Source of the DNA: a bacterium
GTDB lineage: Bacteria > RBG-13-61-14 > DATKZS01
DNA length: 64,000 bases
Reading direction: 5' to 3'
NCBI GenBank assembly: GCA_963674965.2
Contig: CAXXFL010000004.1
Location: forward strand, 256,001-320,000
Shown: piece by piece, positions 20,516 to 30,200 of the stretch
How positions within the stretch are numbered: position 1 is the stretch's first letter
How the letters are laid out: each line of letters begins with the position of its first letter
Program-made: the position numbers and the translations under genes
Notes under the pieces: generated by a model
The model's database searches: none
What the model was told of the DNA's origin: nothing
What the model saw: the letters and a program-made list of their open reading frames with translations, nothing else

Positions 20516-22558
20516 TCACGGCGCGTCCTCCAGCCCCAGATACAGGGCGCTCATCTCGTAAACCCTCGAGTTGGCCGGAGGGTCCTGACTCGTCACTATG
20601 CCCGAGCCCTCGACCCTTACCAGCAAAGGAAGCGACTCGAGCTCGACAAGGGCCCCGCGCAAGGTGAGTCCTCTCAGCTCGGGGATGGTCACCGTCCCGT
20701 CGCCCGCGACCCCGGAGGGAGTAACCTGGTACTCCCGGGCCTCCTCCCAGAGGGCTATACGGCGGGCCGCCTCCGACTCGACCGAGTCTCCGAAGCCGTA
20801 GTCCATGACCGAGATGGGAGTGGCGCCGTCCTCGGAGGGGACCTTGAGAAGGTTCATGGCCTTGGCCGCGATGGCCTGAAAAACGGGCGCCGCCGCCTGG
20901 CCGCCGTAATGCAGCCTCTTGATCGGCTCGTCCACCACCACGATCATGGCCAGCCTGGGCTCGCCGGCGGGCAGGAACCCCATAAAGGAAGCCACGTAGG
21001 CGTTCTCGGCGTAACCGCCTCCCTTCCCGACCTTCTGCGCCGTTCCCGTTTTGCCGGCCACGGCGTAGCCGGGCACGTGAGCGTTCTTGCCCGTGCCCTG
21101 GTCGGAAACGACCATCTCCATGAAACCCGTTATCTTTTTCGCCGTATCCTCGCCCACGACTCTCCTCGCCTCTCCAGCGGCTCGCCATTTTTCCTCGCTC
21201 CCGTCGGGATATATGACCCTGTCCACGAGGCGGGGCGGGTTCATTACCCCGCCGTTGGCCAGGGCGCAAAGGGCGGCGGTCATTTGGAGGGGAGTCACGG
21301 CCACGCCCTGCCCGAAGGCGATGGTGCCCACGGCCACCCTCGACCAGTCTTTCGCCGGCCTCAGTATCCCCCTGGCCTCGCCGGGAAAATCTATGCCCGT
21401 CTTCTCCCCGAAGCCGAACTTCCGTATGTACGAGTACATGACCTCGGGCCCTAGTCTTTCCCCTATCTTGGCGGCCCCGATGTTGGAGGACTGGGCCAAT
21501 ATCTCACCCACCGTCATCCAGCCGTGGGAGGAAGTGTCGTTAATGGTCTCGCCTCCCAAAACGTAGCTGCCGTTCTCGGCGAAGAAGCTCTCGTTCTCCC
21601 TGATGACGCCCTCCTCGAGGGCGGCGGCTATGGTGAAGGCCTTGAAGGTGCTGCCCGGCTCGTACACGCTGGTAACGCACAGGTTCCTGTAATTTTCCTG
21701 CGAGTACTTCCCGAAATCGTTGGGGTCGTAGCCGGGATATGAGGCCATGGCCAAAACGTCTCCCGTTCTGGGGTCCATGGCCACCACGCATCCGGACTTG
21801 GCCTGGGCGCGCCTTATTCCGGCCTCGAGTTCCCTCTCGACCACGAACTGCAGCGGCCTCATGATGGTAAGCGCCGCGGAGGGCGACTTGATCGAGTCGT
21901 CGGCCGCCTCCGCCCGTTTTCCGTCCTTATCCGGTCCCTCGTCGAGTCCCGAGACTCTTATCTGGTTTCCCCTGGCGTCTCTTTCCATGGCGACCCTGAT
22001 CGGCTCTCCCGCCAGAAGGTCCTCGAGCCCGTACTCGAGGCCCTCGAGGCCGTTGCCGTCAAGGCCGGTAAAACCGACGAGGTGCGCCGCCAGCGGCCCG
22101 CCCGGGTACTTTCTTCTGGAGGCGGGCAGAAATCCCACGCCCTTGAGGCCGAGCTTCTCGATCTTCTCGGCCTTGTCCAGGGAAAGGGACCTGTCGAGCC
22201 AGACGAAACCGTCGTCGGACCTTAATTTCGCCAGCAGGTCGGACTCCTTGAGGGACAGCTCGGAGGCGAGCAGGCGGGCGACCTTTTTCTCGTCCTCCAC
22301 CTCGCCCGGTCTCACGTAGAGTTGGGCCTCCTCCATCGAGACGGCCAGGGGCTCGCCTCTCACGTCCAGGATGTCCCCCCGTTTCATTTTTATCTCCCGG
22401 GTGTGAACGTGCTGGCGGGAGGCTATCTCCTTCAAGACCTCCGAGTCAAGGATCATAAGGTCCACCGCGCGCGCTACTATGCCCAGCGCTCCGGCCCCGA
22501 GGAGGGCGAGAACGATAACCATCCTGAGCTTAAGCCCCTTGGACGCGATGTAATTCAT
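20516..22558 (-). CDS. ftsI: Class B PBP FtsI with C-terminal PASTA-like domain
   Basis: RGDILD, YEPGSTFK (SxxK), SSN, KTGTAQ; C-terminal IPELRGLTLR...SQDPPA. Confidence 0.96.
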   Translation of the reverse strand: MNYIASKGLKLRMVIVLALLGAGALGIVARAVDLMILDSEVLKEIASRQHVHTREIKMKRGDILDVRGEPLAVSMEEAQLYVRPGEVEDEKKVARLLASELSLKESDLLAKLRSDDGFVWLDRSLSLDKAEKIEKLGLKGVGFLPASRRKYPGGPLAAHLVGFTGLDGNGLEGLEYGLEDLLAGEPIRVAMERDARGNQIRVSGLDEGPDKDGKRAEAADDSIKSPSAALTIMRPLQFVVERELEAGIRRAQAKSGCVVAMDPRTGDVLAMASYPGYDPNDFGKYSQENYRNLCVTSVYEPGSTFKAFTIAAALEEGVIRENESFFAENGSYVLGGETINDTSSHGWMTVGEILAQSSNIGAAKIGERLGPEVMYSYIRKFGFGEKTGIDFPGEARGILRPAKDWSRVAVGTIAFGQGVAVTPLQMTAALCALANGGVMNPPRLVDRVIYPDGSEEKWRAAGEARRVVGEDTAKKITGFMEMVVSDQGTGKNAHVPGYAVAGKTGTAQKVGKGGGYAENAYVASFMGFLPAGEPRLAMIVVVDEPIKRLHYGGQAAAPVFQAIAAKAMNLLKVPSEDGATPISVMDYGFGDSVESEAARRIALWEEAREYQVTPSGVAGDGTVTIPELRGLTLRGALVELESLPLLVRVEGSGIVTSQDPPANSRVYEMSALYLGLEDAP

Positions 22559-22829
22559 TGTCCGTCTATCCTAAGCGGGAAGCGAGGCCGAGGGCCTCCT
22601 CCCGTTAAAAACTATTATTAATTCATGGCGCCGGGCGTCGGGGAAGCGGGGGATAACCCGGCCCGGCTATTTCGATCGACAGTCCTCCTTTGTCCGGCTC
22701 GCCAAAATTTTTCCCCCATGTCACGAGTGGGTCGGCGAAACGCCAAGCGGCCGAAACCGGGCCTGTGCCCGCCTTTCGGCTGACCGAGTCGCAAAAAACC
22801 TTTTCCGCCTATCGTTCCATCAATTTTCA

Positions 22830-23041
22830 TTTCAGGGCTTCCGCCGTTGATCGGGGATCAGAGCGCGAGCGTAAAGAGCGTGGAGCTTCCTCTCAACGTA
22901 GACGCGTGAGCGTAGAGCGCCCGATCGAGCCCCGCGTCGCGGCGGGATGGGCCGAACGCGCTTGGGCAATAATCCGGGCTAACGGCGTAATCGCGTGAGC
23001 TTCCACCGAACCGCCCCCGATAAACGGCGCAAGTCCTGAAA
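22830..23041. repeat. MITE-like element bounded by 27-bp inverted repeats
   Basis: TTTCAGGGCTTCCGCCGTTGATCGGGG (22830-22856) pairs with CCCCGATAAACGGCGCAAGTCCTGAAA (23015-23041), 24/27. Internal CGTA..GCGTG(G)AGC repeats. Confidence 0.6.
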
Positions 23042-23062
23042 CGTCTCCTACCAAATCCAACC

Positions 23063-23476
23063 TCAATTTTCGGACCTTTCCCCGGCCCGTCTGAACGCCA
23101 GCGCGCCGACCTCATGGGCCGGGCGCCTTCCGTATTCCACGTTCCGTATCTGTCCCCGCGAGGGGAACTGCATGCCAAGGTCGTCCCTGGCGATGGTCTC
23201 GATCCTGTCGGGCGAGCGTAAAAGGGCGGCCTGGGCCCTCAGCCTCTCCTTTTGCGCGGCCAGGTCTCTTACCTCACGGGCCAACTCGGAGCCGGCGTAA
23301 CCGAGCCTGACCACCTCGGTCCTGGACCAGACGCAGAACAGACCGGAGGCCGCCAAAAGGGCCACGATGAAGGTGGCGCTCACGAGGGTCCTCACCGAGC
23401 ACCCCCCGACCATCTGGCAGGCCAGGGTGGTCGAGGTCCCTATAAAGTCGTTGATCGTTCCCGTCCTGGTCGACAT
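23063..23476 (-). CDS. ftsL: Cell division protein FtsL
   Basis: One TM, coiled coil, LRSPDRIETIARDDLGM motif; lies between rsmH and ftsI. Start uncertain. Confidence 0.9.
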   Translation of the reverse strand: MSTRTGTINDFIGTSTTLACQMVGGCSVRTLVSATFIVALLAASGLFCVWSRTEVVRLGYAGSELAREVRDLAAQKERLRAQAALLRSPDRIETIARDDLGMQFPSRGQIRNVEYGRRPAHEVGALAFRRAGERSEN

Positions 23477-23488
23477 GACCGTTCCCTT

Positions 23489-24451
23489 TCAACCTATCCG
23501 CTCGGCGGCCCGAAGCTTGGCGCTTCTCGCCGCCGGGTTGGCCTTTATTTCCTCGGGCGAGGGCGTGACCGGCTTTCTGGTCAGGGTCCTCATCCTGGGC
23601 TTTCCGCCGCAAACGCACACGGGCAGATCGGGAGGACAGGAGCATCCCCTGGACTCGGCGGCGAAGGCCCGCTTGACTATCCGGTCCTCGAGGGAGTGGT
23701 AGGATATGACCACCGCCCTGCCTCCGGGTCCGAGCAGGCCGGGCAGATCGGCCATGGCCTTCTCGAGTATTTCCAACTCCCGGTTCACGGCTATCCTGAG
23801 GGCCATGAAGGTCCGGGTGGCCGGATGGAGCCCGGTCCCGCGTTTTCTATCCGCCGGCGTCGCGGAATAAACCAGGTCGCGAAGCTCGGCCGCCGTCCGG
23901 ATGGGACCGCTTTTCTCCCTCCTCCTTACTATGGCCCCGGCTATCCTTCTCGAGCGCCTCTCCTCGCCGTATTTCCAGATCAGGCCGGCCAGGGAAGCCT
24001 CGTCCAACTCGGCCAGAAGCTCGGCCGCCGTCGGGCCGCTCTCCCGATCCATGCGCATGTCAAGGGACTCATCGTCGTTGAAGCTCATGCCCCTGCCCCG
24101 GGAGGTAAGCTGGTGGAAAGAAGCGCCCAGGTCGAAAAGGACCCCGCTCGCCTTATCCACGCCCTCCTCCTCGAGTATCTCGGGCAGCTCGTCGTATGTT
24201 CCCTTTTTAATCACTAACCTTTCCTTGAATTCGGCCAACCTGACGGCCGCCTCCTTTATCGCCTCGGCGTCACGGTCTATACCGATCAGCCTCTCGACCT
24301 TCTCGCCGCCCGGGCCGGCCCAGCGTAGAACTTTTTCCGCGTGTCCCCCCCCTCCGAGCGTGCAATCAACGACGAGCATGCCGAGCCCGGGTACGAGAAG
24401 GCGGTCGAGCGTTTCATTGACGAGGACCGGTTCATGAAACTTAATCCTCAT
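23489..24451 (-). CDS. rsmH: 16S rRNA C1402 methyltransferase RsmH (MraW)
   Basis: HEPVL, DCTLGGGGH, LDMRMD, HPATRTFMALRIAVN, YHSLEDRIVK, ARSAKLR. Confidence 0.98.
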   Translation of the reverse strand: MRIKFHEPVLVNETLDRLLVPGLGMLVVDCTLGGGGHAEKVLRWAGPGGEKVERLIGIDRDAEAIKEAAVRLAEFKERLVIKKGTYDELPEILEEEGVDKASGVLFDLGASFHQLTSRGRGMSFNDDESLDMRMDRESGPTAAELLAELDEASLAGLIWKYGEERRSRRIAGAIVRRREKSGPIRTAAELRDLVYSATPADRKRGTGLHPATRTFMALRIAVNRELEILEKAMADLPGLLGPGGRAVVISYHSLEDRIVKRAFAAESRGCSCPPDLPVCVCGGKPRMRTLTRKPVTPSPEEIKANPAARSAKLRAAERIG

Positions 24452-24902
24452 CCCTTCGCCGTTCGGTCTTTATCCGGGCCGCCAGCATGGAGTTCTCCTC
24501 GTAGTTCTTTTTGGCTTGCGCGAGGAATTCCTCCCACTTGTCGGGCCGGAATAAAAGTATCCTGTCCTGAAGACCCACGAAGCAGACTTCCTTGTCCAGA
24601 CCCAACTCCTTCCTGAGCTGGGGCGGAATAAGAATCCTGCCCATGCCGTCAACGTCAACGTCCCAGGCGTTGTAACTCTGCATGACCAGATACTGGAAAA
24701 TCCTGGGGTCGTCCTTTGGAAGAGCGTTGTCCTGCTCCTCTTTTTTCCTGTATTCCTCGACCGGAAAAATCTCGATCCGGTCGGGAAGACCGACCAGGGT
24801 AAGGCTCTTCGAGTAGTTAACTTCGAGGATCGAGCGGAACTTAGCCGGCAGGCTGACTCGGCCCTGATTATTAACGTTATGCTCGAAGTATCCCTTAAAC
24901 AT
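24441..24902 (-). CDS. mraZ: dcw transcriptional regulator MraZ
   Basis: MFKG..GRVSLPAKFR and DGMGRILIP twin AbrB-like repeats; first gene of the dcw cluster. Start ATG 24902 or TTG 24911. Confidence 0.93.
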   Translation of the reverse strand: MFKGYFEHNVNNQGRVSLPAKFRSILEVNYSKSLTLVGLPDRIEIFPVEEYRKKEEQDNALPKDDPRIFQYLVMQSYNAWDVDVDGMGRILIPPQLRKELGLDKEVCFVGLQDRILLFRPDKWEEFLAQAKKNYEENSMLAARIKTERRRDED

Positions 24903-25039
24903 GGTTGACAAATCTACTCTTTTTTGCTATTATCCTTTACGGGAAAGATATCATTCCGACTGTCGAAACAATTTTTCTTTATATTTCGGCAGTTTATGAT
25001 TCCAGAAAGACCGGTTTGCATCTTTCCACCGATTATTGA

Positions 25040-25073
25040 GCACCTTTTTGCACTTTTATGCACGATCATGCAT
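25040..25073 (-). promoter_or_regulatory. Putative MraZ operator: four 10-bp-spaced (G/A)TGC boxes
   Basis: Plus-strand GCAC at 25040, 25050, 25060 and GCAT at 25070, directly downstream of the predicted promoter. Confidence 0.7.
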
Positions 25074-25076
25074 CCT

Positions 25077-25105
25077 AGTTAACCCCAATTCGGAAGTTTT
25101 GTCAA
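25077..25105 (-). promoter_or_regulatory. sigma70-type dcw promoter
   Basis: TTGACA (25105-25100), 17-nt spacer, TTAACT (25082-25077). Confidence 0.65.
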
Positions 25106-25633
25106 GAAATTTCTTTAAAAAATAACGCCTAATTCCACGAGATAAATAAAATACCCACTATGTAGAGCCGAGTTATTAGAGGCCACTACATGTAGATGTG
25201 AATTTTGTGCGTCATTTAACGATGATGGTGCATGAAATGGCAAGTATGTATGGGGAAGGCTGGAATCCCATCGGGGAATGGGAGTATATGCACCGCCATC
25301 TGGATAATCCATTCATCGGGATCGAATCGGAGCGTCGCCGGTTACTCCTTAAAGCGGATTATGGCCAGTCAATCCTATCTTGAAAATTTTCCGACGTTTA
25401 AAGCCGCTATTTATTGTCAAAACAAAAAAAATCATATATTATCTTGCCCAAGGAACAGGCGGGAAGAAGCCTCGGGTGGGGATCACTTTTCTCTTATAAA
25501 AATCCCTTCTTTCCCGTCAATTAATATTGCCGGTTTCATATCGCCCCAGGATATTGGCCGGAACTGAATAAATGTGTACTAAATAATTGTAATATAATAA
25601 TTTTATTAAATATCGGCAATGGAGGAGGAATTC

Positions 25634-27223
25634 ATGGCGACGCGAAAGCTTTCAGGGTACCACTCGATAATCTTTTTCATGGCGGTTTTTCTTATGGCGC
25701 TTTTTCCATTGGCCTTATCGGCTCAAACTCCGGCGGTCAACACTCCGATCGAGAACACCGCGCCTCCCACTCCCATTGGATCGGGGGCCCGGTCCCTGGG
25801 GTACGGCGGGGCCTTTATCGCCATTGCCGACGACGCCACCTCGGCCAGTTGGAACCCAGGCGGCCTGGTCCAGCTACTCTACCCCGAGTCCAGTATGGTC
25901 ATTGACTATCGGACGCAGGACGTTGACGACGACTACACGGACTTTCTCTCGGTCAACTTCATGTCCCTGGCTTACCCTTTCAATATCGAGGGTACCAACG
26001 TGGTGGTGGCCCTGGCTTTCCAGCAGCTTTACGACTTTTACTTCGAGGGCGACTTCAACGAACAATCGAACTTTGAAGACGCCTCGGCGGCCATTTACCG
26101 GGTAAACTTCTACGATCCTCTTGGCGGTCCCGGCTTCGTGGGCTGGGTATCCGAGGCTTACACCCGCTACGATACGACCAAGACGGGCATGAAGAGCATC
26201 CAGGGCCAGGTGGGGGCCTTGTCTCCGGCCGTGGCCGTCCAGGTAACTCCCGAGTTATCGGTCGGTTTCACTTACAACTTCTGGGCCGACGGCATGGTGG
26301 GACGCGACTATAAATACGAGTACGAGCACGATATCAGCGGAAGCGAGTACCAGGAGGAGCAGGGCTGGCTGACTTTTAACGACGATTGCACCTGCCACGA
26401 CGACGACGGCGACCCCGTTCCCTGCGAGAACGCCATGTTCGAGAACGTATACCTGGACAACCCCTCTTGTCTTGACTCGACCACTTCCCTGGGCACGGCC
26501 ACCGGCGACGTCAACTCTTTCGCCTCCCACCACCGCCGGGTGGCGGACATAGGCTTCGAGGGCCAGAACTTCAACGTGGGAATCATGTACAAGCCCACGC
26601 CCAGGATCACGCTGGGCGCGGTTTACCGGAGCGAGTTCGAGGCGGACGTCCATCTTCAGGAGACGAGGTATTACACCAACCGCGTGTGGAACGGAGTGCC
26701 CCAGCCCGACCTGGGAGCGGACTACATCGAGTCTTACGACAAGATGAGGTTCCCCGCCTCCTACGGCGCCGGCGTGGCCTTCCGCTACTCCGACGCCTTA
26801 ACCATGGCCTTCGACGCCACCATGGTCGAGTGGGACCGCTTCGTCTACACCTATGAAAACGGCGAAAAGATCAGCCTTATCAACGGCCTGCCCGAGGACA
26901 TGGCTGACATAGACCCCACCGTGACCTACAGGCTGGGCGGGGAATACCTTTTCATCAAGCCCAATTACGTGGTGCCGATCAGGGGAGGACTCTTTTACGA
27001 CCCCGAGCCGGCCAGAGGGGAACAGGACGATTACTACGGCGCGTCCTTTGGCCTGGGCCTCGCCTACAAGCAGCTTATAGTGGACATGGCCTACTGGTAC
27101 AGATGGGGAAACGACGTGCTCCTTTATACGACCTACGACCCCATCACCATGCAGATTCATGAGAACCGGGGCGACGTGGCCGAACAGATGATCATGTTGT
27201 CGGCCATTATACATTTGCAGTAA
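25634..27223 (+). CDS. OmpP1/FadL/TodX-family (PorV-like) outer-membrane beta-barrel
   Basis: Signal peptide; GSGARSLGYGGAFIAIADDATSASWNPGGL hatch motif; amphipathic strands; PIRGGLFYDPEP. GGAGGAGG RBS precedes ATG 25634. Confidence 0.85.
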   Translation: MATRKLSGYHSIIFFMAVFLMALFPLALSAQTPAVNTPIENTAPPTPIGSGARSLGYGGAFIAIADDATSASWNPGGLVQLLYPESSMVIDYRTQDVDDDYTDFLSVNFMSLAYPFNIEGTNVVVALAFQQLYDFYFEGDFNEQSNFEDASAAIYRVNFYDPLGGPGFVGWVSEAYTRYDTTKTGMKSIQGQVGALSPAVAVQVTPELSVGFTYNFWADGMVGRDYKYEYEHDISGSEYQEEQGWLTFNDDCTCHDDDGDPVPCENAMFENVYLDNPSCLDSTTSLGTATGDVNSFASHHRRVADIGFEGQNFNVGIMYKPTPRITLGAVYRSEFEADVHLQETRYYTNRVWNGVPQPDLGADYIESYDKMRFPASYGAGVAFRYSDALTMAFDATMVEWDRFVYTYENGEKISLINGLPEDMADIDPTVTYRLGGEYLFIKPNYVVPIRGGLFYDPEPARGEQDDYYGASFGLGLAYKQLIVDMAYWYRWGNDVLLYTTYDPITMQIHENRGDVAEQMIMLSAIIHLQ

Positions 27224-27299
27224 GCGCTTTGATTTTTAGGCCCCGTCGAGGCCCGCAATAATAAAACAATTCGCGCGCTCGTCGTCGGAGGAAACGGTA

Positions 27300-30200
27300 A
27301 TGTCAAACCGCTCGATAAAATCGGTCCTTATTCTCCTGGCCCTCGCGGCCTCGGCCCTGGCGTCCTTTTCGGCCGGGGCCATGGACATTTACGTGGACGG
27401 GCCCGGCGTCCCTCCCTTGCTCCAGCCCGGCGACGAGGTCGAGGTATCGGTGGTGGTGGACGTGGACTCCTATAAACTGGGCTACTACAAGGTCCCCATT
27501 TCCTACGACCCGAGCGCCCTCATGCTCAAGGAGATCAGGAAGGGCGACGATCCCGAGTTTACAATGCCCGCGGCCGCGGACGCTCCCTACCTGGACAACC
27601 TCTTTGTATGGGACGAGAACAACGGCGCCAACGGCTGTTCCTCCACGGGTTCCATAACCTTGTTCTATCTTCGCTTCGAGGTGAGGAAGACGGCGCCCTT
27701 CTCGAACCTGAGCAGCGTCAAGCTGGCCGCGGGGGTCGAGCTCGAGAGCTGCTCGAGCGACGACCTGACCTCCGGCCTGCCCATATATCCTTGGGGCGAC
27801 GTCGAGATAAGGATCAAGGACTTCGAGGCCGGAGCCGACGGCATAAACAACTTCATGGACCTGGACGGAAACGGCTCTCCCACCGAGCTTGACGCGGTGA
27901 GGCTGAGGAAAATCCTCGAGCGAAACGTGCTCGACGGAGAAACGGACCTTTTAAACGTGGACGCCAGGAACTGCGACATCAAGGGAAACGCCCTTCTCGA
28001 CCAGTACGACCTGGGCCGCTTCGACGCCCTGGTCAGGCCGGTCAGATCGATTCACGCCGGGCCCGACGGAATCTGCCAAAGCGAGGCCCAGGGCGACGAC
28101 GTTCAGGAAATCCCGGTGGGCCAGGGATCGCCCTTATCTCTCGTGATCGAGCCGGGGTTTAACTTCATCCTGGACTCGATCCCCTCAGGCGACGACGTGG
28201 TCTCGGGCAGGATGATACTCTCGGGACCGGACGGGATCGCCCAGAGCGCGGCCCTGGGAGACGACAAAAGGAGGATCGCCGCGGGAGCGGGCCTGCCCAA
28301 GGGCCTTTGCATCTCGCCCGGACCGGACCAGGAGCTCCAGTCCGACCCCGCCTCCGACGACGTCGAGGTCGAGGACCCCAAGAACTACCTTAACATGGCG
28401 AGCATGGTCCCCCAGCCGGGCAACCCCGAGGCCCTGGTCCTGATCTCGCCGTCTCAGAACCCTTACACGCTGGACCGGGTCGGTTTCGTTCCCATCACGG
28501 CGGCGGTGGTGGACACAAACGGCAAACCCAAGACCGGAATGTCGCCCACCTTCACCATCACCGGTGGAAACGGATACCTGGTGGACGGCTCCACCAGCGG
28601 CGCGAGTTCCATCTCGAACGTGCAGACCGACAAGTTCATCGGCAAGGACGGTCAGGCCCTGGGACAGGCCACCGTCATCCTCGCGGCCGCCTCGGGAGTC
28701 AACCAGGTGACCGTCACCCTGCCCGGAGACTCGGCCAAGGGCATACCCGACCTCGCGCCCCTGGTGGTCACGGTCGAGGTCCTGGGCGCCGGCGTCTATC
28801 ACGTGGACTCCGTGCAGGTGCTGAGCGGAGCCACCTCCGTGTGGGCCGGCGACTCGGTGAATATCGCGATCAGGCTGATGGACGGCCTCGAGCCCATCCA
28901 CGGCGTGGCCGACAGGATTCAGGTCGTCACCGACAGGAACATCATGAACGGCATGTCCTTTTCCGGCTTCGACGACTTCGAGTCACAGGCCATCACCTTC
29001 GACCGCTTCGAGGGAAGCTTCGGAAGCTGGACCCACAACGCCGGGAACGGGTCCCTCGTGGTCAACTCCGAGACGCCCGGCTATTTCGGGAACTACTCGG
29101 TCAAGGCGAGCGACGCGGGCGGGACGGCGCCGACCATGTACCGGGCGATAAGCACGAACGGTTACAGGGACCTAAGCGTGTCCTATCAGTGGGCCTTCCA
29201 GAGGGCGACCGTGCCCCGATACGACGTGCACTTCAAAACCGAGTATTCACTGGACGGCTCGAGCTGGCGGATACTGCGCGACGTGACCGGCTTTGCCGAC
29301 CTGCTCGGCGGGACCCGCGAGTGGATGTACGAGAACTTCAACCTCGAGGGGGTCGAGGAGGCCAACGGCTCGACCATACACCTCAAGTTCACCTTCGACG
29401 TCGGGACCACCACCGCCACCCAGTACCTCTTCCTCGATAACGTGGCCGTCTCGGGCGTCAAGACCATCATGGACGAGGACTTCGAGGACTACTCCATTGG
29501 CCAGTTCCCCGACTCGATGATGGCCGTCAACTACCTCAACTCCGGAAAGAACGGAGTGCTCGAGACGGCGGCCGTGGACGACGACCTCTACCAGTTTACG
29601 CCGGGCGGCGGCCAGCCCAACGCCACCATCATTTACGCCGGCCTGGACAACGTTCTCGACACCACGCCCCTGGGCGACGACACCGTCGAGTCGGCCCTCT
29701 CCATCAACGCCGGGCTCGACGGCATAGCCGACTCCTACGCCCAGGACGACGACTTTCAGGAGATACCTCCCGGCCAGGGCAAGCCTTTCGCGAGGGCCAT
29801 TATCCCGGGACCCGACCGCGTTCTTGACACTCTGGCGCCCCAGGGCGACGACCAGGTGGTGGGAACTTCCGGACCCAGCCCCAGGATCGCCGTGGACTCG
29901 ACCATCGGCCACTTCACCGGGGGAGGACAGGGACATAACGGATCGGACAAGTTCCTCTTCGTGGGCAGGGCCGCCTCGGGAGAGACGGTCGAGTATTACT
30001 CGGTGGGCGTTCAGATGGACGCCAGGGGGACCGACGCGGTCAAGATCGAGTGGTACTCCCAGACCTATAAGCAGGCCGACCCCGGCCAGGGGGTGGAGGG
30101 AAAACCGGCCCAGGAGTTCGCCGTCGAGGTCAGCGACAACGGGGGCAAATCCTGGGTCAGGGTTTGGGACAACGCCGGCTTCGAGGAGGTCGGCTGGCAC

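Noticed and set aside
12782-21269. Long N-terminal extensions of the murG, murD and murE ORFs
   Set aside because: They overlap ftsW, mraY and ftsI in other frames and are low-complexity; real starts lie at the upstream genes' stops.
22559-23062. Known riboswitch or protein-coding gene in the ftsL-ftsI gap
   Set aside because: No riboswitch consensus recognised by eye; the short ORFs lack an RBS and plausible composition.
25110-25633. sigma54 promoter or small ORFs upstream of the barrel gene
   Set aside because: The TGGCA near 25239 lacks a correctly spaced TTGC; the short ORFs overlap each other and lack clear coding signals.
26387-26400. Heme c motif in the barrel (CTCH)
   Set aside because: It is CxCH, not CxxCH; no multiheme pattern is present in the operon.
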